DNA from: Eledone cirrhosa
Taxonomy: Eukaryota
Direction: 5' to 3'
Length of the DNA: 64,000 nt
NCBI GenBank assembly: GCA_964016885.1
Contig: OZ024745.1
Coordinates: forward strand, 26,908,001-26,972,000
Within the stretch, counting starts at the first letter, position 1. Each line of letters begins with the position of its first letter. The notes beneath the pieces were generated by a model, which was not told the DNA's origin, searched no databases, and was given only the letters and a program-made list of their open reading frames with translations. Positions 1-13,727 of this stretch are shown one piece after another. The translations under genes were made by a program, and so were the position numbers.

Positions 1-404
1 TGTAAAGCTTCAATCAACCAAAGGATGGTAGATATGACTTCCTTGTGCAGTAGGATTTAGACTGGAATCGTGAGTTTCCGAAGCGAAATTCCAATACATA
101 TGGCCATATTTGCGTTCAGGCCTTTGCATTTGTGTTGAAGGGTGGATTTTCAGACGTAGTAACGTTTACATATGACCCAGAAATAAGCATAAATGAACAT
201 ATGTCTAGCATAGCAGCAGTGATCAAAACCACAACTGGATCAACTCTAACCATCGTTTCATCCTCGTCGTTCACGGCTTAAACGTTATCGGTTTACTACA
301 TTAATATATGGCCATGAGATGCCGTAATCCGTGTATTTCTCACATCGCAGCCTATCGACATAAATAATTCTGTGCTCTCTTGCCTTTCAGCACGTTTCCC
401 TGTA

Positions 405-446
405 TATATACACACATACGTACATACACTCACGCAGACTCATCCA

Positions 447-491
<45 letters not shown>

Positions 492-860
492 ACACATAGA
501 CACACATACACATATACGTACGTGCAGTCAAGCACACTCATCCACACACATACACACACACACATACACACATACATATATGCAGTCACGCGCACTCATC
601 CACACACACACACACACATACGTACATGCAGTCACGCGCACTCATCCACACACATGCACACACACATACACACACACAAATACACACTCGCACACACTCA
701 CACACATACAGGCATACACGCACACGCACACAAATATACACATTCACAGACACGCATACATACACACAAACACACACTCGGACACACACATACATACACA
801 TACACACATAACCACACACACTCCTACATACAAACACATGCATTTCGATATATATATACA
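405..860. repeat. Compound (CA)n/(CATA) microsatellite
   Basis: Direct reading; source of the His/Thr pseudo-ORFs. Confidence 0.9.
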
Positions 861-896
861 TCCTGTTTTTCCTCTTCTAAACACTTCTAACGTTAG

Positions 897-1980
<1,084 letters not shown>

Positions 1981-2611
1981 GGGACAGTAGCGCTATAAGT
2001 AACTCTCTGGGTTGTTTGTATGCCTACGTAAGCAACAGTGGCGTAAGAGAAACGATAAGGTTAGCATATGAAACAAAAGGTTGTGCATTTGATAAGGCCG
2101 AGAAGAAAGAGGAAGATAAGGAAGTATGTGTGCTGGATGTACAACAAATTAGAGAGAGAGAAATAACAGTGAAGATTGGGGGGAAATTAGCAGTGTTTGC
2201 TATGTTTGTTCAGTATCTCTGCGCTGTGAGTTCAAACACCATGGCGGTCAAATTTTGCCTTTCCTCTTTTCGTATTAGATAACATTAAGTACTAGTGCAG
2301 GTCCATGGCTTACCGGGGCTGTTAGAGCGTCGGTGAAAATAACTTGTGGTAAATGTTTTACGCTCTGAGAGTTCAGATTTCAAACTCTGCTGTAGCTTAC
2401 TTGCGTGATAGACTTAATCCTTCATCTGATTTAATACTACATCCTGGTCACTGGTTTCCTTTAGTTGAATCCACACTCATTTGTCACAGAGGCCCTGCAT
2501 ATGATCATAGACTCTGGTTCCCGATTAAACAGTAAAAATAGACAGAGTAGGAAAGGGACGTAAAAATATGAGAGTAATGTTGGTGTAAAGTTTTAAATAA
2601 TATGTATAAAA

Positions 2612-2940
2612 TTAGGGAAAGTTCATAGGCTGACCAAGATACTCTCATGGAATGTGACCAAATGAGGTTTATTTTTCAGCATAGTCCCCCTTACTTCTTC
2701 TAACGGTGTTGTAGTGCTTTCATCCTATTGATCAAAAAAGTCATCAACAGCAGATATGCCGTTAATATCACTGTGATACTGGTTCCAAGCCGAATGTTGT
2801 TTCATGTTAGGGAACAGATGATAATCAGATAGGGCCGAATAAGAGGAAATGGGTATGGTGATCAACCAGTTCAAAGCCATTGAAACCACTGGAGCCTTGT
2901 CCTGATGAAACAAGACGTCTTTCGTCAGTTTTCTTGGCCT
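2612..2940 (-). mobile_element. Mariner relic: TIR plus decayed transposase C-terminus
   Basis: Minus ORF FHQDKAP...SDYHLFPNMKQH...SAVDDFFDQ matches mariner HQDNAP/YSPDLAPSDYHLF motifs; adjacent GAAAGTTCATAGGCTGAC is shared with the MITE TIRs in this window. Confidence 0.8.
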
Positions 2941-3784
2941 TTAACTCCTTATTGTATTTAGTGGAATTGCCAAGACAAATGCCGTGTCTTCATTATTTGA
3001 AACCAGGTGGAGCCTATCCCTCTCAATGACAGAACATAGCCGATTTCTTTCTGAAAGTGAGGGGAAAAACTGATCCAGTACTGGACAGGTACTTTATGTG
3101 TCGATAGCTTTTGGCGGGTAAACGGTTGTAATAAGGATGCGTGATGTTTTCGTGGCTAGCCGAAATAATTCTTCAAACAAGTTTATATTTAAAGAATCAA
3201 CCATAATAACACGCTATACGTGTTTGTATATTTATTTATATGTCTGTAATTCTTCAAAATTCTATACTATATTTCATGATATTTCGGTGTTAGACTCTAT
3301 CTTTTTAATAACACGAATTATAGTGTAGAAGTGTTTCATATTAATTTTATACACTTTCTCATTTCTTTTTCATTTCATGGTTTTCAAATTTTATCCTACA
3401 CCTTAAAACATGTTAATATTTGAAATATGTTGAAATATGTTAAAATGGCTAAAAGATGTTAGATATAACTCCCTGCGTAGATTACACTGAATTACGTCTC
3501 TTGATATTATAAATTCAAAGAGCAGCAAAATCAACTTTGTCACTCATCCTTCTGGAGTCGATCAAATAAATCTATAATAAGTATTAGAATTAATTATTCA
3601 CCTTACCCACAAATTGTGGCCTTGTGTCAAAGTTAAATAATAACGATGTTTAAACAACAGTCAGTATTAGTTTGGTCTTATTTCTAAAGCCAAATATAAA
3701 TAACACGCCAGGAAAAAAACAGCTGAATTGTCCACATACCACTATTTAATGGTTGAAATAAAAGTTCATGAAACCTACTACAAT

Positions 3785-3889
<105 letters not shown>

Positions 3890-4050
3890 TCATTCTTTTG
3901 TATTGTTCCCATTTCCCAGGAGTTCTTAGCTTCTTAATAAGACGTTGTGTACTTTTTTTATGATTGAACTATTTGTATACATACATGCATATACGTATAT
4001 ATATATATTTACACATGCACACACGCACACACACACACACACACTCACAA

Positions 4051-4150
<100 letters not shown>

Positions 4151-4230
4151 ATTAAATTATATTATATTATACTATATTATATTTCACTATATTATATTAT
4201 GTTATTTATTTATGTTCGTACATGGAACAA

Positions 4231-4318
4231 AAGCGCTACCTAAGGTTTCAGGTCCAAAATGTGACCAACCCTCCAGAATACAAGAGACATCAAATTAGTT
4301 TTCTTTCTTCAGGCACTT
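4231..4318 (-). ncRNA. Type I hammerhead ribozyme motif with long loop II (PLE pLTR-like)
   Basis: Minus strand aagtgc-CTGAAGA-aag..~55 nt..cct-GAAAC-cttag-GTA-gcgctt; stem I 6 bp; partial inverted copy at ~4327-4395. Confidence 0.65.
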
Positions 4319-4441
4319 ATCATGTATAACTGATTTGATGCATCTTGTATTCTTGAGGTATGATCAAATTTGAGCCTTGAAACCTTTGGTAATTCAGTGC
4401 ATGAATAATATATTTCGGCTCTCTTCCCGATTGAGTACAAA

Positions 4442-4633
4442 TAATAATTGTTTCTACTTTAGGCACAAGGCCAGCAATTACCCAGTTCATTACTGGTACT
4501 TTATTTTATCGACCCCCGTAAGGATGAAAGGCAAAGTCAACCTCGGCGGGATTTGAACTCAGATTGTAAAGGGACGTAACTATGCTGGAAAGCATGGCGT
4601 CCTACCCTCTACCGATACTGCCAACCACCGCCC
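4442..4633 (-). mobile_element. tRNA-derived SINE family A (Meta/MESC-like body, ATT tail)
   Basis: A box TGGCAGTATCGG, B box GAGTTCAAATCC, body GCCTTTCATCCTTACGGGGGTCGATAAAATAAAGTACCAG; about 16 copies in window. Confidence 0.9.
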
Positions 4634-4942
4634 TCAAAGTACAATCCACCGAGTACTAATAATAATAAAGAGGGAATGGGCATATATAGCCATCAAATAG
4701 ATATTTCCTTGTTGATTGTATGATATACACCTCTTTTGGTGGAAATCCAATAAGATTCGAAAATCGATTAAAAATGTTTACAAAGAAATACGTATTTTCT
4801 GGTATGTTTACCTGCCTATATAATAGATATGTATATATATTTATACACGTTGGTGTAGTTTCGGTTACACACTGTGTTTATAAAGATATAACTTTTTCCT
4901 ACACTTTGGTTGCTAGTGTACTTCTTATTATATATAGACTGA

Positions 4943-5124
4943 GGATTGGCAGTATCGGTAGAGGGTCGGACACCATGCTTTCCAGCATAGTTACGTCCCT
5001 TTACGGTCTGAGTTCAAATCCCGCCGAGGTTAACTTTGCCTTTCATCCTTACGGGGTCGATAAAATAAAGTACCAGTAATGCACTGGGTAATTGCTGGCC
5101 TTGTGCCAAAACTAGAAACAATTA
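4943..5124 (+). mobile_element. SINE family A with ~18-bp TSD
   Basis: Family match; flanking direct repeat ATTATATATAGACTGAGG. Confidence 0.9.
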
Positions 5125-5641
5125 TATATAGACTGAGGTGTGTAAAATGTCGACCGCTTGGTAACGAAGTCGGGAGTTTACCTACCTATATACCCACTCT
5201 GTATCTCTGCATACATTGAGTACTCCTGTTATGAGTGATCTCTTCAGTCTCAGTAACATGGACTCTTTCCCTCCCTCTTTATTTACCTCTCTCTCTCTCT
5301 CTCTTTCTCTTTATATATCTCTATATATATATGTGTGTATCTATGACAGGTTATTAAAATCATAAAAGTATTAATAATTAAATATATACAAACACACATC
5401 GATATACATACATACACGTGCATACGCGAAAACACACACCATGCATATACATGCATGTACACATAAACACGCACACGCCTACGTAAACCCATATATATAC
5501 ATTATATATATGTTTTCGCGTATGCACGTGTATGTATGTATATCGATGTGTGTATGTATATATTTAATTATTAATACTTTTTTGATTTTAATAACCTCTG
5601 TCATTTTCGTTCTACTAATTTATTTACATTATTCTTAACTC

Positions 5642-5822
5642 TGGCAGTATCGGTAGAGGGTCGGACGCTATGCTTTCCAGCATAGTTACGTCCCTTTACG
5701 ATCTGAGTTCAAATCCCGCCGAGGTTGACTTTGCCTTTCATCCTTACGGGGTCGATAAAATAAAGTACCAGTAATGCACTGGGTAATTGCTGGCCTTGTG
5801 CCTAAAGTAGAAACAATTATTC
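5642..5822 (+). mobile_element. SINE family A with ~16-bp TSD
   Basis: Family match; flanking repeat ATTATTCTTAACTCTG. Confidence 0.9.
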
Positions 5823-6024
5823 TTAACTCTGAAGCCAAGAATCATTCGGTTTCCTAAATAGAATATTAGTCTACGACTTCATTTATACCCTAAACGTGGT
5901 TTTGTCTTTGCGTGTATTTGTTCTCATCGCTCCACATAACGACGCATTATCTTCGCCTTTTTCCGTTCATTGCCAGGGAACATCTTCACGAACCAAAGTA
6001 TCGTCTTCCTGTTTTCCTTCGGCT

Positions 6025-6197
6025 GCAACATTTTCGAAATATTTACTTCTGCGTTCACAGATAGATTTTTTTTAGTTTCAGAAGATCACGTAAAGGGTGA
6101 AAGCAGCGATTCTTTGCTTAAACTTTAATCTGTTATTTTAATAAATATTTGCTCTAGGGTTCTTATATATTTTATATATATTTATCCTTATCGAGCC
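6025..6197 (+). mobile_element. Solo PLE pLTR (family D) containing a variant hammerhead at 6074-6124
   Basis: Near-identical to 40205-40320 and to the 3' end of the PLE at 53312-53370; agttt-CAGAAGA-t-cac/ggg-t-GAAA-gca..tgc-TT-aaact. Confidence 0.7.
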
Positions 6198-6715
6198 TTC
6201 TTTGGATTTTAGTCTTCACATTTATTATTATTACTATATACATATATACTATTTGTGTATGTAATTTGGTAAATAATCTGCTGATGTACACTAACGTCCT
6301 AATTGAGAGCCGCAACGTAAATTCATTGGCATATGTGTGCTTGCATAAAGTGTCTGTCTCTATGTTGATGATGAACAAATGTGTGAGTAAATAAATGCTT
6401 CTGTATGAGTACAGCTACACATGGATCCTTTGTGTTTTACATATGTGTGTATGTGTGTGTGTGTTGTGTGCGTGTATATAGGGGGGGGGGTTAAAGGGTG
6501 TGTGTATCAGTCTAAACGTGTGCGTGAATACGATTCAATTTTGATCCAGACACATGGTTTAACTCGCGTCGGTGATTAAACTATAAAGTAAATAACTCTC
6601 TTATCGTTTCAACTTCTTGCCTGATCTAACTACAATCGTTTCAGGGTCACCGCATTGCACTTCGAGGGAGACTGTCTTACTAGAGGCAATATAGGAGAAA
6701 ATAATGAACTACTTG

Positions 6716-6747
<32 letters not shown>

Positions 6748-7109
6748 TTGTGTGCATGCATGTATGTATATATTAAGTATGTAAATACATATGCATACAC
6801 ACGTGCAACGCGCGCGACACAGACACACACAGATATATATATATATGTTTATACGTATATATACATGAGTATATATATATATATATATATATATAGTGAG
6901 AGAGAGAGGGGGGAAAGGGAGAGAAGTAGAGGAAATGGAGAGTGATATATATATATATACATGTGTGTGTATATGTACGTATGTATATATATATAAGTAT
7001 GTTTGTACCTATCTATGTACGTGTGTATGTATATATATATGCATGTATGTATGTATGTATGTATGTATGTATGTATGTATGTATGTATGTATGTATGTAT
7101 GTATGTATG

Positions 7110-7143
<34 letters not shown>

Positions 7144-7152
7144 TGTATGTAT

Positions 7153-7340
7153 GTTCTTCTGGTTTTATAATTCCACAAATTTTCCCAATAGAGAGAGAGT
7201 CGGTTTCTAACATAGACACAAGACTCTCTCATTGGAATTTACACATCAACTAGGTAGATATGTATGTATGTGTAGATATGGATGTTATTGTATGTGTGGA
7301 TGTGGATGTTTTGAGTTGTATGTGTGCATGTGTATCTATG
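7153..7340 (-). mobile_element. 3' UTR fragment of (CATA)n-associated R4-like element
   Basis: Reverse complement of 31690-31885; flanked by (TATG)n. Confidence 0.85.
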
Positions 7341-7863
7341 CATGTATGTATGTATGCATGTATGTATGTATGTATGCATGTATGTATGTATGTATGCATG
7401 TATGTATGCATGTATGTATGTATGTATGTATGTATGTATGCATGCATGTATGTATGTATGTATGTATGCATGTATGCATGCATTATGTATGTTTATATAT
7501 ATGCATGTATGTATGCATGTATGCATGCATGTATGCATGTATGCATGTATGCATGTATGTATGTATGTATGCATGTATGTATGCATGTATGTATGTATGC
7601 ATGTATGCATGTATGTATGCATGCATGTATGTATGTATGCATGCATGTATGTATGTATGCATGCAAGTATGTATGTATGCATGCATGTATGTATGTATGT
7701 ATGTATGTATGTATGTATGTATGTATGCATGTATGTATGCATGCATGTATGTATGTATGTATGTATGTATGCATGCATGTATGTATGTATGCATGCAAGT
7801 ATGTATGTATGCATGCATGTATGTATGTATGTATGTATGTATGTATGTATGTATGTATGTATG
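7340..7863. repeat. (TATG/CATG)n array
   Basis: Direct reading. Confidence 0.9.
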
Positions 7864-8326
7864 TGATTTTGGATGGCCTCTTAAAAGTCAATGGCCATCC
7901 AAAATCACCGGGAGAGATGACCCCTTAGCCTTTGTCAAGGCAGAATTCTAGGAGAAGGAAAACTCTGATATAACACCTGCAACCCTGATGGTATCCAATG
8001 ATGTTGACTTGTTCTTCTTTTTGGTAAATATCATCTTGGTTAAGAGAGTGGGACTGGCTTTGGCTTTGTGCAGTGCCTTTGCTCACTATAAAAGCTTCAC
8101 GGCACAGGCATTGCTTTATATCTGGAGATCTCTCTGCACTTGTCGTCACATGGTACCATGGGCCCAGCACTGTGTGTCAGTAATTGTCACAGGTGTAGTG
8201 TTTGTACCAGAGTTTTCAAGTCGCTGGCTGGACTAAAAAGTCACACTCGTTCAGCGCATCGGTAGGGGTTCTCCTACATGGATATAAAGTAGTGGCCGTA
8301 CTCGAAAACAAGTTGGCAGCCACCAT
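7864..8326 (+). mobile_element. Bipartite non-autonomous RTE derivative, 5'-truncated with short 5' inversion
   Basis: Matches 10968-11577; begins with inverted TGATTTTGGATGGCC; (TGTA)n tail. Confidence 0.85.
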
Positions 8327-8680
8327 GTATGTATGTATGTATGTATGTATGTATGTACAGATTGATTGAACAACGAGAAAAAGGTGAATGAGAGATATGT
8401 GAGAGGATATATGGATGTTTGGTTGGAGAGATGGATGGATGGACGAATGAAGGATTTCTAGATGGATGTGTGAAGGACTGGATTGGTGGAAAGGTCAATG
8501 AATGGATGGAAGGCTTTCAACCAAAAATAAAACGCTTTTCGTGCCATAACCTGGTATAATATAATCAAATAATATAATTAAGCTTATCACCATCAATATC
8601 ACAATTGCCATTACTATCGTTGTCATTGTACTCCGGATAACATCATGATCGTCGTTATCATCACCGTGGTCAGGGTTATT

Positions 8681-8749
<69 letters not shown>

Positions 8750-8814
8750 ATCGTCGTCGTCATCATATTCATTATGATCTTTATCGTCAACAACACCACT
8801 AGCAACAGCATTAA

Positions 8815-9011
8815 TACGAGGCCTGGCTGAAACGTTCATAGGCTGTCTATGAAGGAGTGATGTTAGAGCTGTGAAATCTTGTATGCATTAATTTCATTTC
8901 TTTTTATTGATACCTGTTTCTTTCCAAGGACTATGTTAAATAATAAACCTCATTTGGTCATTCCATGAGAATATCTTTGTCGGCCTATGAATTTTTCCGC
9001 CAACCCTAGCA
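8815..9011. mobile_element. Mariner-type MITE (~200 bp)
   Basis: Imperfect TIRs TACGAGG..GGCTGAAACGTTCATAGGC / GCCTATGAATTTTTCCGCCAACCCT; siblings at 37694 and 55344. Confidence 0.75.
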
Positions 9012-9329
9012 CAGCTATAATAATAAATAGTTATACAAACAAACAGTTATGCCAATGGATAATTATACTAATAAACAGTTATTCCAACAAACAGTTATAC
9101 CAGTAAACAGTTATACTAATAAAATGGTTAAAAAGAGGAGTTCAAAGAAAGAGGGTTTGGTTTAAAAATCCCTTTTCTCTCAGACCAATTGACAGTTTTG
9201 AAACGTCAGTTTTCAGTCCACGGTATCGACCTTCTCCTAACTCATGATATCAATAAACAATACAAATGACATATGTGACTGTTTATAGATTAGAATAAAA
9301 GTTGTCGTCAATACTCAGTCAGAACAAAG

Positions 9330-9552
9330 CGGGTGGTGAATGAGCAGAATTGGTAGAGCATCGAATAAAATGTCATTACGGTATTTGTTCTAGCTCTTTA
9401 TATTATGTGTTCAAATCCCGCCAAGATCCTCTTTGCCTTTCCTCCTCTCGGAGTCGATGAAATAAAGTACCAGTCATGTACTGGAGTTGATTAAATCAAT
9501 TTTGCTCTTTCCTGCAATTTTGCTGACCATATGCCTAAATTAGAAATCAATA
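9330..9552 (+). mobile_element. Diverged SINE family A
   Basis: B box GTTCAAATCC and body motif. Confidence 0.75.
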
Positions 9553-10138
9553 ATCAGGATAATATTTTAGGGTAGATGGTTTATAAAATAGATGTTATTA
9601 GATATCTGCAAAACTAGCGATGAAAAATATGCAAAATGATGTGAAGTCGGAAGTTTCGTTTTATCATTTTTCTTTCTACGCACATAACGCTTAAGATTCT
9701 TTGCCTTAAGAAATATTAACCGATTTGTCGAAAGAAACAAAATAACAAGGTCAAATGGTTAAACGGAAGTGCAATATATGAAAATGAGGCAGCTGGCCAT
9801 CTGGTAATACTAGAAAGAACGTTGGGCAAGCTTTCCCACGCATGTCAGCCTAGGTTTACGGTTAAAGATCCACCATAGTTTTAATTTTTTTTTTTTTTTT
9901 TTTTTTACTTGTCTCGAACGTCTGACTAATGTCCACTGAGTGAGTATGGCTGTCTTGGTCGTGATATCAACAAGAAAAATCTCGATGACATTTTGTGAGA
10001 TAACAAAGTTTTGGTGACGCTAAAGACAAATAAAACGAGAGATAGGAAGGGGAGAAAGTTTACCAACACCCAGGTGGAAAGGAGCGAGGTGTGTGAGAGT
10101 TTCTACGACTTGAAAGTACAACAATTTATATATATATA

Positions 10139-10212
<74 letters not shown>

Positions 10213-10440
10213 TTTATATATATATATATGTATATATATATATGCCTTAGGAGATTGCGTATAAGAATTGTAAAACACCCGACCAAAACCTGCTCCTCTA
10301 AATAAAATTAATATATTCCCACATGAAAGGAATTAAAGGAGAACATAATGTAAATATATAAAATGCAAACTGATCAACACGCAAAAGATATCACCCATAT
10401 AAAAAAAAACACGTGTGAACTAACATACACACACACACAT

Positions 10441-10558
<118 letters not shown>

Positions 10559-10682
10559 GTATATGGCTTTATATGTATGTATATATATATATATATATAT
10601 GCATATATATATGCATATATATATATATACATATATATATACATATATATATACATATATATATACATATATATATATACAC

Positions 10683-10715
<33 letters not shown>

Positions 10716-10716
<1 letters not shown>

Positions 10717-10795
10717 TGTGTGTCCCCAAAAATGTATACACACTTCAATAACATTCTAATCAAAGTGTGTATATATGTGTTAGGGGACACCCTAT
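10716..10795. mobile_element. Minimal Tc1/mariner-like MITE (~80 bp) in (TA)n
   Basis: Inverted repeat GTGTCCCCAAAAATGTATACACACTT / AAGTGTGTATATATGTGTTAGGGGACAC. Confidence 0.6.
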
Positions 10796-10967
10796 ATATA
10801 TATACACACAGTCACACACACACATATATATATATATTTGTGTGTGTGTGTGCAGGGGGGGGGGGTAATTAGATAGATATATGCATACTTACATACATGT
10901 GGAAATAGATATATATGCTTAGATATATAGGGCGTATGTATGTATGTATGTATATATGTATGTATAT

Positions 10968-11577
10968 ATGTCGGGTCACTCTTGAGTGCTACTGGTAATA
11001 TGTAACCCAGTACAACCTGTCGCATGGTCGGGTCGTCGGCGACTAAACCTGCAACCCCACCAAGATTACTTGGTGAGGAGGTTGACTTTGGACATCCTGC
11101 AAGACTAAAAACAAAACCTGTCAAAGGGCAAAGAAGCTCTTAAGAGTCAATGGCCATCCAAAATCACCGGGAGAGATGACCCCTTAGCCTTTGTCAAGGC
11201 AGAATTCTAGGAGAAGGAAAACTCTGATATAACACCTGCAACCCTGATGGTATCCAATGATGTTGACTTGTTCTTCTTTTTGGTAAATATCATCTTGGTT
11301 AAGAGAGTGGGACTGGCTTTGTGCAGTGCCTTTGCTCACTATAAAAGCTTCACGGCACAGGCATTGCTTTATATCTGGAGATCTCTCTGCACTTGTCGTC
11401 ACATGGTACCATGGACCCAGCACTATGTGTCAATAATTGTCACAAGTGTAGTGTTTGTACCAGAGTTTTCAAGTTGCTGGCTGGACTAAAAAGTCACACT
11501 CGTTCAGCGCATCGGTAGGGTTCTCCTACATGGATATAAAGTAGTGGCCGTACTCGAAAACGAGTTGGCAGCCACCA
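10968..11577 (+). mobile_element. Full-length bipartite non-autonomous RTE derivative (~610 bp)
   Basis: RTE-type 5'UTR motifs GGCGACTAAAC and CTAGGAGAAGGAAAACTCTG fused to decayed zinc-finger coding end and CTCG..CGAG hairpin/(TGTA)n tail. Confidence 0.85.
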
Positions 11578-11777
11578 TGTATGTATCTATGTATATATGT
11601 ATGTATGTGTGTATGTATCTATGTATATATGTATGTGTGTATGTGTGTATGTATATATGTGTGTATGTATGTGTATCTACCCCTAGGTTTAGAATACTTT
11701 AAATTAAGTCTACATCAAAATTAATGTTCAAGAAGTACAAGATGAGTTGAAGGCTGGAGAGTCAAGCGTGAGAGCAG

Positions 11778-11779
<2 letters not shown>

Positions 11780-11848
<69 letters not shown>

Positions 11849-11872
11849 CAGAGAGGCAAAGAGAGAGAGGCA

Positions 11873-11932
<60 letters not shown>

Positions 11933-12010
11933 GAGAGAGAGAGAGACTGACGGAGAAGCAGAGAGAGAGACAGAGGGAGAGGGAGAGAGAGAGAGTGAAA
12001 GAGAGAGAGA
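11780..12010. repeat. (GA)n microsatellite
   Basis: Direct reading. Confidence 0.9.
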
Positions 12011-12163
12011 TATAGGAAACTTGTATGAATAACTAGAACTGAAGCAATGTGACATGGGTTTGTTTAACGAAGCGTATGTAGCAACTGATAAGCGATAATT
12101 AAATCAATCTAGAATCTAATCTTTGAAAGTGATGTTATCTTACAGAGAATGTTACTGTTATTT

Positions 12164-12298
<135 letters not shown>

Positions 12299-12322
12299 TA
12301 TATATCTCTCTATATATATATA

Positions 12323-12520
12323 ACAACGGAATTGTGGTAAGGAACCAGATGGACCATAACGCACCAGAGTACTCAATACTTAGGGTAGTAGATTGGGTAA
12401 TAGGAAAAAGTATGACCCCGACGGCAGAGCTCAAGCCGTTTCGACGGCTATTTCTGGACTAGGTAGTCCAGAAATAGCCGTCGAATGGGCTTGAGCTCTG
12501 CTGTCGGGGTCATACCTTTT

Positions 12521-12525
<5 letters not shown>
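12323..12525 (-). mobile_element. PLE pLTR-like family C (half-hammerhead) forming a ~60-bp fold-back palindrome in (TA)n
   Basis: Arms 12400-12461 / 12464-12525; contains GAAACGGC-loop-GCCGTC-GGGG; about 8 copies in window. Confidence 0.75.
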
Positions 12526-12585
<60 letters not shown>

Positions 12586-12680
12586 AGAGAGAGAGAGAGA
12601 GAGAAATCTACACACACACACCCATAACAATATAATTTGTACTGCCTCTCTGTTTTTTGTGCTCTGTTCATTTATTAAAC

Positions 12681-12713
<33 letters not shown>

Positions 12714-12833
12714 CATGCATACATATATATGTATGTTTATTTTGTTTTGTTTTGTTTTGTCTATATGTGTATGTATATACATACACGCACTCAAATATAT
12801 ATATATATATATATCACTCTCTCTCTCAATCTG

Positions 12834-12879
<46 letters not shown>

Positions 12880-13014
12880 ACTCTCTCTCTCTTTCACCGT
12901 CCATTGTTTCACTTCATTTTTAAGTTTATGTACTTTATTAATTACTACTAACTAACCCCATGGAAATTCCATTATTGGTGCCAACTAAGACACAATAATT
13001 ATTCTGATATCTTA

Positions 13015-13240
13015 GGGCGGTGGATTGGCAGTATCGATAGAGAGTCGGACGCCATGCTTTGCAGCAAAGAGTTACGGCCCTTTATGATCTGATTTCAAAT
13101 CCCGCCGAGGTTAACTTTGCCTTTCATCCTCACAGGATCGATAAAATAAAGTACCAGTCACGCACTGGAGTCGATTTAATCGACTTTCCCTTCTCCCAAA
13201 ATCACTGGCATTGTGCCCATATAAGAAACCAATAATTATT
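13015..13240 (+). mobile_element. SINE family A, long subfamily, ~19-bp TSD
   Basis: TSD AATAATTATTCTGA(T/C)ATCT; extra GTCGATTTAATCGAC hairpin segment. Confidence 0.9.
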
Positions 13241-13312
13241 CTGACATCTATTTTAACATTGTATCATTTGAATTATTTGACCATTTATTAGGAATATCCT
13301 AACTCCTACCAC

Positions 13313-13531
13313 TGGTGGTGGATTGGCAGAATCGGTAGAGCGTTGCACAGCATGCTTTACAGCATGGAGTCACAGCTCTTTACCTTCTGAGTTCAAATTC
13401 TGCCGAGGTTAGCTTTGCCTTTCATCCTTACTGGGTCAATAAAATTTCACCAGTAATACACTGGGATCGATTTAATCAACTTTTCCTCCTCCAAAAAATT
13501 GTTGGTTATGTGCCTAAATCAGAAACCATTA
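13313..13531 (+). mobile_element. SINE family A, long subfamily
   Basis: Family match. Confidence 0.85.
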
Positions 13532-13533
13532 GT

Positions 13534-13727
13534 TTAACCCTTTAGCATTTAAACCGGCTGTATCTGGCCAGAATTCACTCACCTCTTTCTGTTCAATGTG
13601 GCTATAACCAGCTGCTCATACTTATGTTAAGGTATTGTTCTCAAAATAAATAATATCAAAATCTTGTAGATTCGATATTATGTGGGATAATTATGTGAGA
13701 TAACGTACAGATTGTCTTTAGTGTTAA
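13534..13727. mobile_element. Possible piggyBac-type MITE relic
   Basis: Starts TTAACCCTTTAGCATT; degenerate ...GTGTTAA end. Confidence 0.4.

Noticed and set aside
7232-7951. MYVC/YI/HT-repeat ORFs here and throughout the window
   Set aside because: (TATG)n, (TA)n and (CA)n artefacts
10968-11060. HDV-like ribozyme in the RTE-derived 5'UTR
   Set aside because: Hairpins and a CTAA are present but I could not place a P1 3' strand; left as a test only
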